Assembly (NCBI GenBank): GCA_027364635.1 | Contig: DAHXOZ010000002.1 | Coordinates: forward strand, 1 to 56,827 | Length of the DNA stretch: 56,827 nucleotides | Source of the DNA: a bacterium | GTDB taxonomy: Bacteria; Bacteroidota; Bacteroidia; Chitinophagales; Chitinophagaceae | Direction: 5' to 3' | Shown: one piece after another, positions 9,879 through 19,574 of the stretch | Numbering within the stretch: position 1 is the stretch's first letter | Layout: each line of letters begins with the position of its first letter | The notes under the pieces: model-generated | Told to the model about the DNA's origin: nothing | Seen by the model: the letters and a program-made list of their open reading frames with translations, nothing else | Databases searched by the model: none | Translations under genes and position numbers: made by a program

Positions 9879-10641
9879 GCACAGATTAATCTTATTAGCC
9901 CGCGAAGGGCTTAGCACAAGTGTCCTCTATAATTCTTTGAAAGATGAATTTGATTTTGAAGCCATCATTTTTGAATGCCCGGTTTCAACGAAAGAGCTGA
10001 TAAAAAAAAGAATAAAAAAACTTGGTATGTTGAAAGTAGTTGGGCAGATCCTGTTTCAGTTGTCGGTTGCTAAATTTTTAAACCTGGTTTCATCAAAAAG
10101 AAAGAAAGAAATTTTGGAAAAATACGGTTTGCATGATACTCCGGTACCTTCTGGAAAAGTAATACATGTTTCATCCGTAAACAGCGCAGAGTGTATTTCC
10201 ATTTTACAAAAAATGAAACCTGAACTCGTAATAGTGAATGGAACCCGTATCATTTCCAAAGAGGTTTTAAAAGCAACTCCTGTAAAATTTGTAAACATCC
10301 ACGCAGGAATTACGCCTAAATACCGGAATGTGCATGGGGGCTATTGGGCAATTATAAATAATGATATGGAAAATTGCGGGGTTACCGTTCATTTTGTAGA
10401 TGAAGGAATTGATACCGGAAATATTATCTATCAACAAAAAATTACCATTACCCCAAAAGACAATTTTGCAACTTATCCGCTGCTCCAATTGGCTGAAGGT
10501 ATTATTTGTTTGAAAAAAGCATTAAACGATATTTTTAATAATTCCCTGTCCGTACAACAAAAAAAATTTGATAGTAAAATCTGGTATCATCCTACTTTGT
10601 GGCAATATATTTATTATAGGCTCGTTCATAACAAAAAATAA
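9871..10641 (+). CDS. Formyltransferase (N10-formyl-THF dependent)
   Basis: VNIHAGITPKYR and GVTVHFVDEGIDTG motifs; 8-bp overlap with the deacetylase gene. Confidence 0.85.
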   Translation: MNKHRLILLAREGLSTSVLYNSLKDEFDFEAIIFECPVSTKELIKKRIKKLGMLKVVGQILFQLSVAKFLNLVSSKRKKEILEKYGLHDTPVPSGKVIHVSSVNSAECISILQKMKPELVIVNGTRIISKEVLKATPVKFVNIHAGITPKYRNVHGGYWAIINNDMENCGVTVHFVDEGIDTGNIIYQQKITITPKDNFATYPLLQLAEGIICLKKALNDIFNNSLSVQQKKFDSKIWYHPTLWQYIYYRLVHNKK

Positions 10642-10654
10642 AGGATTTTAATTA

Positions 10655-11815
10655 ATGCCTTCAAAATATCTCATAATCGGATCTGGATTTTCAGGAGCTG
10701 TGTTAGCACATGAACTTGTAAAAAATTCTGATTGCCATATTGATATTTGGGAAGAAAGAGATCATATTGCCGGCAATTGTCATACCTCGCGTGATGATGA
10801 AACAGGAATAATGGTCCACCGCTATGGACCTCATATTTTTAATACTCATAAAAAAGAGATATGGGATTATGTCAACTCATTTTCAGAATTTCGGCCCTAT
10901 CTACATCGCGTAAAAGCAATGTCTAACGGGGAAGTATATTCTCTTCCGGTAAACCTTTCAACTTTAAACCAGTTTTTCAAAAAAAACTTTACCCCAAAAA
11001 CTGCAAAAGAATTTTTAGATAGCCTTTCTGATAAAACCATTAAAGAACCAAAAAATTTTCAAGAACAGGCTCTTTCATTTATTGGGGAAAAATTATACCA
11101 TGCATTTTTTGAAGGATATACCAAAAAACAATGGGGCTGTGAGCCAAGCCTGCTGCCTGCGTCTGTCTTAAAAAGAATCCCCGTTCGTTTAAATTATGAT
11201 GACAATTATCACAACAGTATATTTACCGGAATACCCATTTATGGCTACACAGATGTGATTGAAAGATTATTGGAACATCCAAACATTCACGTTTTTCTCA
11301 ACAAAAAGTTTTTTCCTTCAGAAGAAGCAATTGAAGGCTATGATCATGTTTTTTATACAGGGCCTTTAGATGCTTATTTTAAATATGAATATGGAAAATT
11401 AGGATATCGTACGGTAACATTTGAATCATCAGTATATAATGGTGATTACCAGGGAATAGCTCAAATGAATTTTTGTGATGAGAACATCCCTTATACACGG
11501 ATCACAGAACATAAGCATTTTATGCCGTGGGAAAATCATGAAAAAACCATTGTTTTCAGGGAATTTAGTAAAGAAACCGAAGCAAATGACATTCCTTATT
11601 ACCCAAAAAGACTGCAAGAAGATAAAATTCTTCTGAAAAAATACCGGCAAAAAGCTGAGAAACTCTCTCATATTTCATTCCTGGGCCGCCTGGCCACTTA
11701 TCGTTATATGGATATGGATGATGTAATTGCAGAAGCATTGGACTATTCAAAAACTTTTTTAACCGCTATTACTGCAAATAAACATTTACCAGTATTCCCC
11801 AATAAGGAAAATTGA
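10655..11815 (+). CDS. glf: UDP-galactopyranose mutase
   Basis: GSGFSG FAD motif, HRYGPHIFNT, YTKKQWG, PYYP, GRLATYRYMDMD. Confidence 0.95.
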   Translation: MPSKYLIIGSGFSGAVLAHELVKNSDCHIDIWEERDHIAGNCHTSRDDETGIMVHRYGPHIFNTHKKEIWDYVNSFSEFRPYLHRVKAMSNGEVYSLPVNLSTLNQFFKKNFTPKTAKEFLDSLSDKTIKEPKNFQEQALSFIGEKLYHAFFEGYTKKQWGCEPSLLPASVLKRIPVRLNYDDNYHNSIFTGIPIYGYTDVIERLLEHPNIHVFLNKKFFPSEEAIEGYDHVFYTGPLDAYFKYEYGKLGYRTVTFESSVYNGDYQGIAQMNFCDENIPYTRITEHKHFMPWENHEKTIVFREFSKETEANDIPYYPKRLQEDKILLKKYRQKAEKLSHISFLGRLATYRYMDMDDVIAEALDYSKTFLTAITANKHLPVFPNKEN

Positions 11816-11902
11816 AGTTTATAGAAGTTTATTTGCAATAATAGCCGTTCTATGAGCGTTTTATTAGGAGTTAAATATTAATAAATCTTCAATCCCTCTC
11901 CT

Positions 11903-12880
11903 ATGGAAACGGTCATTGCTGTAGTTGTTACCTATAATCGCCAAAAATTATTGGCCGAATGTGTGTATGCGTTAAGAAACCAAACTCGTCCGATCGATAA
12001 AATTCTGATTGTAAACAATGGTAGCACAGACAATACAGAGGCCTGGCTTCAGGAGCAGAAAGATTTAGAATTTGTTACTCAAAAAAACATCGGCTCTGCA
12101 GGCGGTTTTAATACCGGCATTAAACTGGCCTATCAAAAAAATTATGATTGGGTTTGGTTGATGGACGACGATGGTTATCCGAAAGACGATGCTTTGCAAA
12201 ATCTTTTGGAAGGTGCTGATGAAAAAATTTGTTTGCGTAATTGTGCCGTAATAAACAAGGAAGACCGGAAAAGTTTTGTATGGAAAACAGGTAGTCATGC
12301 AACAATTGAGGAAGTAAACGAAGAAATTATTCAAAATTTTGCTCACCCCTTTAATGGCACTTTGCTTCATAAAGAACTCATTAAAAAAGTAGGTTTACCA
12401 AAAAAAGAGCTTTTTATATGGGGTGATGAAACTGAATATTATCATAGAATTATTACAAAATATAAAATCCCCTTCTATACAAAAACAAATAGTATTCATT
12501 ATCATCCTGCAAGCGCTTACTCATACAAAAATGATTGGGATTATGCGAGTAATTGGAAAATGTATTTTTATGTGCGCAACAGGTTTCACATTTTAAAAAC
12601 AAGGTTTAGCAACAACCCGATGTTAGCTTTTATAATGTACATTATTTTTCTTGTTTTATTCAGTGGGATTATTCTTGTTTTTCAGAAAAGCAACAAATTG
12701 AAAAAATTGAATTTTATTTTCTGGCCTGTAAGAGACGCGTTTTCAAATAACTGCAGTGCAACACCTTCACTGATACTTGAGCGTTTAACTGCTTCTTCCA
12801 GGCACAACTCAGTTCGTTATTTTCAGCCTCAGTTTAAAGAATCAAAAAATGCTTTATTGCGAACTGCATCAACTAATTAA
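11903..12880 (+). CDS. Glycosyltransferase family 2, possibly a galactofuranosyltransferase
   Basis: VVVTYNR, VNNGSTD, WLMDDDG, FIWGDETEY, YYVRN-like motif; adjacent to glf. Confidence 0.85.
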   Translation: METVIAVVVTYNRQKLLAECVYALRNQTRPIDKILIVNNGSTDNTEAWLQEQKDLEFVTQKNIGSAGGFNTGIKLAYQKNYDWVWLMDDDGYPKDDALQNLLEGADEKICLRNCAVINKEDRKSFVWKTGSHATIEEVNEEIIQNFAHPFNGTLLHKELIKKVGLPKKELFIWGDETEYYHRIITKYKIPFYTKTNSIHYHPASAYSYKNDWDYASNWKMYFYVRNRFHILKTRFSNNPMLAFIMYIIFLVLFSGIILVFQKSNKLKKLNFIFWPVRDAFSNNCSATPSLILERLTASSRHNSVRYFQPQFKESKNALLRTASTN

Positions 12881-12936
12881 TAATAATGCCGGAAACATAA
12901 ACACCGGGTTCCGGGATTATTTAAACTTGATTCAAA

Positions 12937-14313
12937 ATGTATGTTGCTGATTTTTTTTTAGTTCCTGTTTATATAATTATCTTATACCTTTTTTTTAAAG
13001 CAAAAAGAAAAAAATATGATAATCCACTGTTAAGGAAATACCACCTCTATGGATTTTGGATAAAAATTTTTGCAAGTCTTTTATTCATTCTCTATTATTC
13101 TTATCTTACTATAGGGGATACCACAGTTTTATACCAATGTGAAGGCAATAATTTATACCACCTGATTTTAAAAAACTCATCCAATCTCAAATACTTATTT
13201 AAAAGTGGAAAAGATTTTGATCTTTCATTAGTGGCCAATCATTATAACAAAGGTTATTTCAGAGATGAAAGCAATTTTATGGTGATCCGTCTAGATGCAA
13301 TTTTTTCATTTATTTCTTTCGGGAGTTATGCCGTAATTAATTTGTTCTTTGCTTCTCTTGCTTTTTCAGGATTATGGAAATTATATTTATTTTTTTATGA
13401 ACAATATCCGAAACTGCATAAACAATTTGCAATTTCAATTCTATATTTTCCTTCTCTTGTTTTTTGGAGTTCGGGGTTATTAAAAGATTCATTGTGTATT
13501 GCCGCTCTTGGCTGGCTTACCTATTCTCTATACAGTTTGCTTGTTAAAAAAAAATCTCTTATCAGGAACTGTATCATTATTTTTATCGCAGGATATTTTC
13601 TTGGAGTTCTTAAAATATATATTCTGCTTGCCTATATGCCATTTTTTATATTATTTCTTCTTCTTAAAAATGCTCAAAGAATTCAATTTAAGTTTTTCCG
13701 TTACCTCTTTGTACCTGTCATTATTGCTTTAACTGTTTATTCTTTTACCTCGTTCCTTTCGTCTTATAACAGTGAATTAGGCGGATATGCTGTTGAGGAT
13801 TTAACGTCCAGCATTTCTCATTTAAATGAAGTGATCGAAAACAGAACCGGGCGTGAAGATGCTGCATCCAATTTTAGTTTGGGTGAAACATTTGACGGGA
13901 CTTTTAAAGGACTGATAAAAATAGCCCCTGTTGCTGTTGCCACCACTTTTTTCAGGCCTTTCATTTGGGAAGCTCACAAAATATCTCAATTAATGGCCGC
14001 TATAGAAAGTCTAATTCTTATGTTTTTTACCGGTTATGTTTTATTGAAAGGTGGAATATTTAATTTTTTTAAGAATATTCTAACCGATCCATTAATTATG
14101 TATTGTTTTCTTTTTGCAGTGACTTTTGGACTATTTATTGGTGCAAGTACTTTAAACTTTGGAACATTGGTTCGATACAAAATTCCCTGTCTTCCATTTT
14201 ATACAATTGCACTGTTTTTAATCTATGAAAAAGCAAAAGAAAGATCTGCAAAAAAACAATTAGAGAGAGAAACCGAGATTAAAGTTATTTCGTTGCCTGT
14301 TTCTGTAGCATAA
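12937..14313 (+). CDS. Polytopic membrane protein, putative polysaccharide polymerase (Wzy-like)
   Basis: About 10 TM segments, one large loop, motifs WSSGLLKD, RPFIWE and NFGTLVRYK; cluster context. Confidence 0.6.
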   Translation: MYVADFFLVPVYIIILYLFFKAKRKKYDNPLLRKYHLYGFWIKIFASLLFILYYSYLTIGDTTVLYQCEGNNLYHLILKNSSNLKYLFKSGKDFDLSLVANHYNKGYFRDESNFMVIRLDAIFSFISFGSYAVINLFFASLAFSGLWKLYLFFYEQYPKLHKQFAISILYFPSLVFWSSGLLKDSLCIAALGWLTYSLYSLLVKKKSLIRNCIIIFIAGYFLGVLKIYILLAYMPFFILFLLLKNAQRIQFKFFRYLFVPVIIALTVYSFTSFLSSYNSELGGYAVEDLTSSISHLNEVIENRTGREDAASNFSLGETFDGTFKGLIKIAPVAVATTFFRPFIWEAHKISQLMAAIESLILMFFTGYVLLKGGIFNFFKNILTDPLIMYCFLFAVTFGLFIGASTLNFGTLVRYKIPCLPFYTIALFLIYEKAKERSAKKQLERETEIKVISLPVSVA

Positions 14314-14418
14314 TAAACCGGGTAGCCAGTAAGCAAACAAATAATCGGGATTCTTATTTTGATGGAATTTTGAGAAATAATAAAGTTATTTTGTGAATTA
14401 AATTAATCAAAGAAATCA

Positions 14419-16257
14419 ATGTGTGGCATTGCCGGAGCAATAAACTCATCTTTCTCTTATCCACGCGTGGTCGAAACTTTAGGGCATCGCGGCCCTGATG
14501 AACATAATGGATATCGCCACAATAATGTTGATTTATTTCATCTACGCCTTTCTATCCTTGATATATCCTTTGGGCAACAACCTATGCACCTGGGGGAAAA
14601 ATATACCATCATTTTTAATGGTGAAATTTATAACCACCAGGAAATAAGAAAGCAATATGATCTAAAAGCAAATACCTCTTCTGACACTGAAACATTACTT
14701 CTTTTGTATGAACGTTTCGGGACTGATTTTCTTCATTTGCTCGATGGAATGTTTGCTTTTGTTATTTATGATAAAATAAAAAATCAATTGTTTATAGCAC
14801 GCGACCGTGCTGGTAAAAAGCCCTTTTATTATTTTTTTGATCACCAAAAATTTGTATTTGCAAGTGAGTTGAACTGCCTAAAAACAATGACAAATGTTGA
14901 AATTGAAACATCCGGTTTTTTTCAATACCTCAGATTCGGAACCTTTTACCGTCAATTTACGCCTTACAAAAATGTATCAGAATTAAAAGCAGGAACTTTT
15001 TTAGTAGTTAATTGCAGTACACTTTCTATAAACGAAAACCGTTGGTGGAATATCAATGATTATTACCAGAAAGTATCTAATGATACCTTAGAAGAAAGTT
15101 TACAAAAAACAGATGGATTCCTTCACCAAGCAATAAAAAGAAGATTAGAATCGAGTGATTTGGAAGTGGGAAGCTTTTTAAGCGGAGGCATTGATAGCGG
15201 AGTTGTAGTGGCCATTGCAAAACAATATCAACCCAATCTTAAAACTTTCACTGTTTCTTTTGAGGGAGCATATGATGAAGCGCCTCTTGCAAAATTAGTT
15301 GCAGAAAAATATCATACAGACCATACAGAAATCAAAATTTCCTTTAATAATTTGAAAAATGATATTGAAAAAATTTTATGTAATTATGGGGAACCTTTTT
15401 ATGACAGTTCAGCCATCCCCAGTTTTTACGTAAGCAAGGAAGCAAAAAAATACCTTACCGTAATTTTAAATGGTGACGGAGCAGATGAACTTTTTGGTGG
15501 TTATCGCCGGTATGTGCCTTTCAGTAAATATGATTTTTTTAAAGGAAACTTATTTATTAAAAAAACAGCAAATGTTATTAAAAAATCATTGCCTTTGGCT
15601 AACGATAAAAAATCGCTACACAATTATTTGTACCGTCTGGCTTCTTTGGCATCTAATTCAGATTTGGAAATTTATCTTTCTGCAGGAGTAGATATTTTTG
15701 AAGATTTTCAGGAAAACATCATAGACGCTGGATTTGATTATTTAAAGCCGGTGAAACAGGATTTTAAAAAAATTGCAAACAGTAATTTATCAGGATTAAA
15801 AAAAATTATGAACCTTGATTTTGATACGGTTCTTTTTGACGACTTTTTGGTTAAGATGGACATTGCTACCATGGCAAACTCGCAGGAAGGAAGAAGCCCT
15901 TTTCTTTCAAAAGAAATTTTAGAATATATTCCTTCACTTCCAGACGTCTATAAGGTAAAAGGATCGACTACTAAATATATGTTGAGAAAGCTGGCGGTTC
16001 AATATCTTCCGCCTGAATTAATAAATCAGCCAAAACGAGGATTTGAAATTCCCTTAAAAAAGTGGGTAGATAATGAATTAAAAGAGATAGTTTTTGATTA
16101 TCTTTCTACCAATAATAATTTTTATAAAAACTTTGTTAGCAGCAAGTTTGTTGAAAATCTATTAAAAAAGAAAATAAAAATCTCAGATGAGAAAAGAGCC
16201 AAAATATTATGGACTCTTTTTTCGATGGAAGTATGGTATAAAAAAGTTTACCAATGA
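14419..16257 (+). CDS. asnB: Asparagine synthase-family glutamine amidotransferase (glycan-associated)
   Basis: MCGIAG, HRGPD, FNGEIYN, FLSGGIDS, GDGADELFGGY, KRGF. Confidence 0.92.
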   Translation: MCGIAGAINSSFSYPRVVETLGHRGPDEHNGYRHNNVDLFHLRLSILDISFGQQPMHLGEKYTIIFNGEIYNHQEIRKQYDLKANTSSDTETLLLLYERFGTDFLHLLDGMFAFVIYDKIKNQLFIARDRAGKKPFYYFFDHQKFVFASELNCLKTMTNVEIETSGFFQYLRFGTFYRQFTPYKNVSELKAGTFLVVNCSTLSINENRWWNINDYYQKVSNDTLEESLQKTDGFLHQAIKRRLESSDLEVGSFLSGGIDSGVVVAIAKQYQPNLKTFTVSFEGAYDEAPLAKLVAEKYHTDHTEIKISFNNLKNDIEKILCNYGEPFYDSSAIPSFYVSKEAKKYLTVILNGDGADELFGGYRRYVPFSKYDFFKGNLFIKKTANVIKKSLPLANDKKSLHNYLYRLASLASNSDLEIYLSAGVDIFEDFQENIIDAGFDYLKPVKQDFKKIANSNLSGLKKIMNLDFDTVLFDDFLVKMDIATMANSQEGRSPFLSKEILEYIPSLPDVYKVKGSTTKYMLRKLAVQYLPPELINQPKRGFEIPLKKWVDNELKEIVFDYLSTNNNFYKNFVSSKFVENLLKKKIKISDEKRAKILWTLFSMEVWYKKVYQ

Positions 16258-17438
16258 CAACTGATGTAGCCCCGAAGAAAAAAATTGCAGTTATAGAAAA
16301 TAGTCTTTTCTCTACCTACACCATGCGCGATAGTCTTATGAAAAGGCTTTTGCGAGAAGGCTATGATGTTACAATCCTAACGCATACCAACAGTTTTGTT
16401 GAACATGTTGAAAAAACTGGTTTACGGGTTATTAATATTGGTTCCGGCAACTTAAATCCCTTTAAAATTTTTAAATATATTTTAAATTTATATCGTGCAT
16501 TAAAAAAAATAGAACCCGACCTTTGCCTAACCTTCAGCATAAGGCCAGCAATATTTGGAAATTTTATTACACGCTACCTGCATATCCCAACGATCACCAA
16601 TATTACCGGTGTGGGCCCCTTATTTACCAGTAAAAATTTAGCCTACCGGATTGCGCGATTGATTTATCGTTTTGCCTTGGGGAAAACCAAAAAAGTTTTT
16701 TTTCAGAATTTCGACGATTTAAATTTATTCCTTAAAAACAATTTTGTAAAGGAAGAAATTGCTAAAAGGATCCCTGGCTCTGGAGTAGATTATCATAAAT
16801 TTAGTCCAATGGCCAGGCAGCAAAAAGATGATCATTTTATTTTTCTTTTTATTGGCAGATTGATAAAAGATAAAGGGATTTTTGAATTTGTGGAAGCAGC
16901 AAGAACCCTGCGAAAAAAATACCCTCAGATTTTATTTAATGTAATTGGACCTTTTTGGCATCAAAATTTAAAATCCAATACTATTTCAAAAACCGATTTA
17001 CAAAACTGGATAGTAGAAGGGATTATAGATTATGAGGGCGAAAAAAAGGACATCAGAAAGTTTATAGCGCGAGCAGATTGCATCGTTTTACCTTCCTACA
17101 GGGAGGGAACTTCTAATATTTTACTGGAAGCCGCCAGTATGGAAAAACCCATAGTTACTACAAATACTACAGGTTGTAAGGAAGCGGTAGAAAATGGGAT
17201 TACAGGTCTTTTATGCAAGGTACAAGATAGTAAAGACCTTGCTGATACAATGGAAAAAATGTACCTGCTTACAGCGGAAGAAAGAAATCTAATGGGCAAA
17301 AAAGGTAGACAAAAAATGATAAAAGAGTTTGATAAAACAATAGTTATAAATAATTATCTGGATGCAATTGACGAAGTTCTAAATGTTAAAGATTTTAATT
17401 TTTCAACCCAGTTTCAAACCTTAACGCAAGGAAATTAA
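16254..17438 (+). CDS. Glycosyltransferase family 4
   Basis: NITGVG, PGSGVD, GRLIKDKG, LPSYREGTSNILLEAA. Confidence 0.9.
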   Translation: MTTDVAPKKKIAVIENSLFSTYTMRDSLMKRLLREGYDVTILTHTNSFVEHVEKTGLRVINIGSGNLNPFKIFKYILNLYRALKKIEPDLCLTFSIRPAIFGNFITRYLHIPTITNITGVGPLFTSKNLAYRIARLIYRFALGKTKKVFFQNFDDLNLFLKNNFVKEEIAKRIPGSGVDYHKFSPMARQQKDDHFIFLFIGRLIKDKGIFEFVEAARTLRKKYPQILFNVIGPFWHQNLKSNTISKTDLQNWIVEGIIDYEGEKKDIRKFIARADCIVLPSYREGTSNILLEAASMEKPIVTTNTTGCKEAVENGITGLLCKVQDSKDLADTMEKMYLLTAEERNLMGKKGRQKMIKEFDKTIVINNYLDAIDEVLNVKDFNFSTQFQTLTQGN

Positions 17439-17444
17439 ATAAGG

Positions 17445-17471
17445 TTAAACATTTTATCCCAATACAAGTCT
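17445..17471 (+). promoter_or_regulatory. Putative ECF-sigma promoter TTAAAC-N17-GTCT upstream of the sigma gene
   Basis: TTAAAC 17445-17450 and GTCT 17468-17471; same motif and spacing at three other sites. Confidence 0.65.
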
Positions 17472-17513
17472 TATTCACAGTTTGTTTATTTTTGTTACAG
17501 ACCTTAAACAATT

Positions 17514-18065
17514 ATGACCCAAATCCAAAATGACCAGGAACTCCTGGCTCTTTTTAAAGATCCTGTTACCAAAGAGCAGGCCTTTACAGGTATTATTAAA
17601 AAGTACCAGGAAAAATTATATTGGCATATACGAAGAATAGTGATTACTCATGAAGATACAGATGATGTATTGCAAAATATGTTTATTAAAGTTTGGAAAG
17701 GGTTGGAAAACTTTAGGGAAGACAGCCAGCTTTATACCTGGCTTTATAGAATTGCAACCAATGAATCGCTTACTTTTTTGGCAAAAGCAAAAAAAAGGAG
17801 CTCTGTTTCTTTAAGTGACGATGAAACAGGTTTAAGCAATAAGCTGAAAAGTGATACGCATTTTGATGCAAATAAACTCGAATGGAAACTCCAACTGGCA
17901 ATCCAGTCGTTACCTGAAAAACAGCGTGTAGTTTTCAACCTACGGTATTACGAAGAAATGCCTTACGAAGAGATGAGCCACGTGTTAGAAACGAGTGAGG
18001 GTGCATTAAAAGCGAGTTACCATCATGCAGCTAAAAAAATTGAAAATTTTATTTTAAATAATTAA
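17514..18065 (+). CDS. RNA polymerase ECF sigma-70 factor
   Basis: DDVLQNMFIKVW, YTWLYRIATN (region 2); LPEKQRVVF...MPYEEMS (region 4). Confidence 0.93.
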   Translation: MTQIQNDQELLALFKDPVTKEQAFTGIIKKYQEKLYWHIRRIVITHEDTDDVLQNMFIKVWKGLENFREDSQLYTWLYRIATNESLTFLAKAKKRSSVSLSDDETGLSNKLKSDTHFDANKLEWKLQLAIQSLPEKQRVVFNLRYYEEMPYEEMSHVLETSEGALKASYHHAAKKIENFILNN

Positions 18066-18088
18066 ACTTATTCAATTAAAAATCGTCT
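18062..18088 (+). promoter_or_regulatory. Putative ECF-sigma promoter TTAAAC-N17-GTCT upstream of the anti-sigma-like gene
   Basis: TTAAAC 18062-18067 (overlaps the sigma stop codon) and GTCT 18085-18088. Confidence 0.6.
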
Positions 18089-18099
18089 GAAGAAAGGAA

Positions 18100-18870
18100 A
18101 TGAAAAAATCAACAGAAATATTGGATGAATTAAGAAGCATAAGCCCGATTCTTACTGAAATGGAGAAGGTAAATGTATTCCATGTACCGGAAGGATATTT
18201 TATTGATTTGCAAGAAAAAATAGCTACCAGGGTTTTTCTTAAACAGGATGAAAAAAATAACTTTCAAAAAGTTCCTGAAGGATATTTTGACTCTTTAAGT
18301 ACTAAAATCCTTTCCCGTATAAATGAAGAAGAAAGTGCAGAAAGTGAAATAAGATCTATTTCGCCGGCCTTACATTATCTAAAAGAAGAGCAGACTTTTA
18401 CTGTTCCCGAAGGTTATTTTGATGATTTAAGTGATCGGATTTTAAATAAAATAAATGGTAAAAATGCAAAAGTAGTTTCTTTTGATTCAGCCAAAAAATG
18501 GTTGAAATATGCAGCAGCGGCAATCATTACCGGAATAATTACCATCACTTCCCTGCAAATTTTAAAAACCGCAAATTCAAATAGTGGAAAAAACATGGCA
18601 ACTACATCTGAAAATATTCCTGCTTATGTTCAACTGGCTTCAAAATATAAAACACCAAAGCTACTGGACCAGGGAATTGCTTCATTGACCGATGATGAAA
18701 TTGCCAGGTATCTCGATAAAAATACCACCATTTTGGATGATGAAGCACTTACTAAAAATACCGATACAAAGGAACTACCATCACCAAATGATTATTTAAT
18801 TGATGATCATGCCTTAGATAATTATCTTCAAAAAATTAATGCAGAAAGCAGCAATAAAAACACTCAGTAA
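18100..18870 (+). CDS. Putative single-pass anti-sigma factor
   Basis: Directly follows the ECF gene; three VPEGYF repeats, then one TM helix (WLKYAAAAIITGIITI). Confidence 0.65.
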   Translation: MKKSTEILDELRSISPILTEMEKVNVFHVPEGYFIDLQEKIATRVFLKQDEKNNFQKVPEGYFDSLSTKILSRINEEESAESEIRSISPALHYLKEEQTFTVPEGYFDDLSDRILNKINGKNAKVVSFDSAKKWLKYAAAAIITGIITITSLQILKTANSNSGKNMATTSENIPAYVQLASKYKTPKLLDQGIASLTDDEIARYLDKNTTILDDEALTKNTDTKELPSPNDYLIDDHALDNYLQKINAESSNKNTQ

Positions 18871-18872
18871 AA

Positions 18873-19244
18873 ATGAAAAAATATTTACTTATTATTTTAG
18901 CAATTTTTGGAAGTTTCTCGTTTACGATGGCTCAGAATGGAAATGGGCGGGAAAAGATCCAGGCTTTAAAAGTTGCGTTTATTACCCAAAAACTGCATCT
19001 TACGCCGGGTGAAGCAGAAAAATTCTGGCCGGTTTACAACCAATACGACAGCGAAATTATGCAACTGAGAGCGAATAACACAAACGGGGATGTGCTTGAC
19101 AATGAGCAAAAATTATTGGACATCAGAAAAAAGTACAAACCTTCTTTTGAAAAAATTCTCGGTCCCCAAAGATTAAACGATTTATACAATGCCGAAAGAG
19201 ATTTTAGAAAGGTACTGATTCAAAGGCTTAAAGAAAGACGGTAA
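18873..19244 (+). CDS. Secreted helical protein, putative ECF-associated periplasmic sensor (Spy/CpxP-like)
   Basis: Signal peptide and KVAFITQKLHLTPGEAEKFWPVYN motif; third gene of the ECF triplet. Confidence 0.65.
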   Translation: MKKYLLIILAIFGSFSFTMAQNGNGREKIQALKVAFITQKLHLTPGEAEKFWPVYNQYDSEIMQLRANNTNGDVLDNEQKLLDIRKKYKPSFEKILGPQRLNDLYNAERDFRKVLIQRLKERR

Positions 19245-19469
19245 TAAAAAGGAAAATAAAAATCCGAAATATTTGTTGCTCTACTATAAAATCTACCGCC
19301 TTTACCGGATTTTAAATATCCATGTTAATTCTGATATGAAATAATATTGTATTTCTTAAATTGAACTATCCGCAAAAGGTTTAGAAAAGTTTTTTCTATA
19401 TAAATTCATTGAAGATTAATAATTTTGACCAGAAGAAAGTTATCTATATTATTAAAAAAAATAATTAAA

Positions 19470-19500
19470 CTTGGAGAAGTGAGTTTTTCTCCTATTTTTG
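19470..19500 (+). promoter_or_regulatory. Bacteroidota housekeeping promoter (-33 cTTG / -7 TATTTTTG) with no downstream ORF
   Basis: TAnnTTTG at 19493-19500; CTTG at 19470-19473, 19-nt spacer. Confidence 0.55.
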
Positions 19501-19504
19501 CAAC

Positions 19505-19562
19505 GGTGTTTTTCATAGGTTAGCAACGGCCAGCCCTTTTTAGGGCAGGCCTTTATTTTTTT
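19505..19562 (+). ncRNA. Candidate small RNA (~58 nt)
   Basis: Promoter box, then GGTGTTTTTCATAGGTTAGCAAC, then hairpin GGCC-A-GCCCT-TTTT-AGGGC-A-GGCC and a T tract. Confidence 0.5.
19528..19562 (+). terminator. Intrinsic terminator
   Basis: GC-rich hairpin 19528-19551 followed by TTTATTTTTTT. Confidence 0.75.
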
Positions 19563-19574
19563 AGGAATAAGCTT

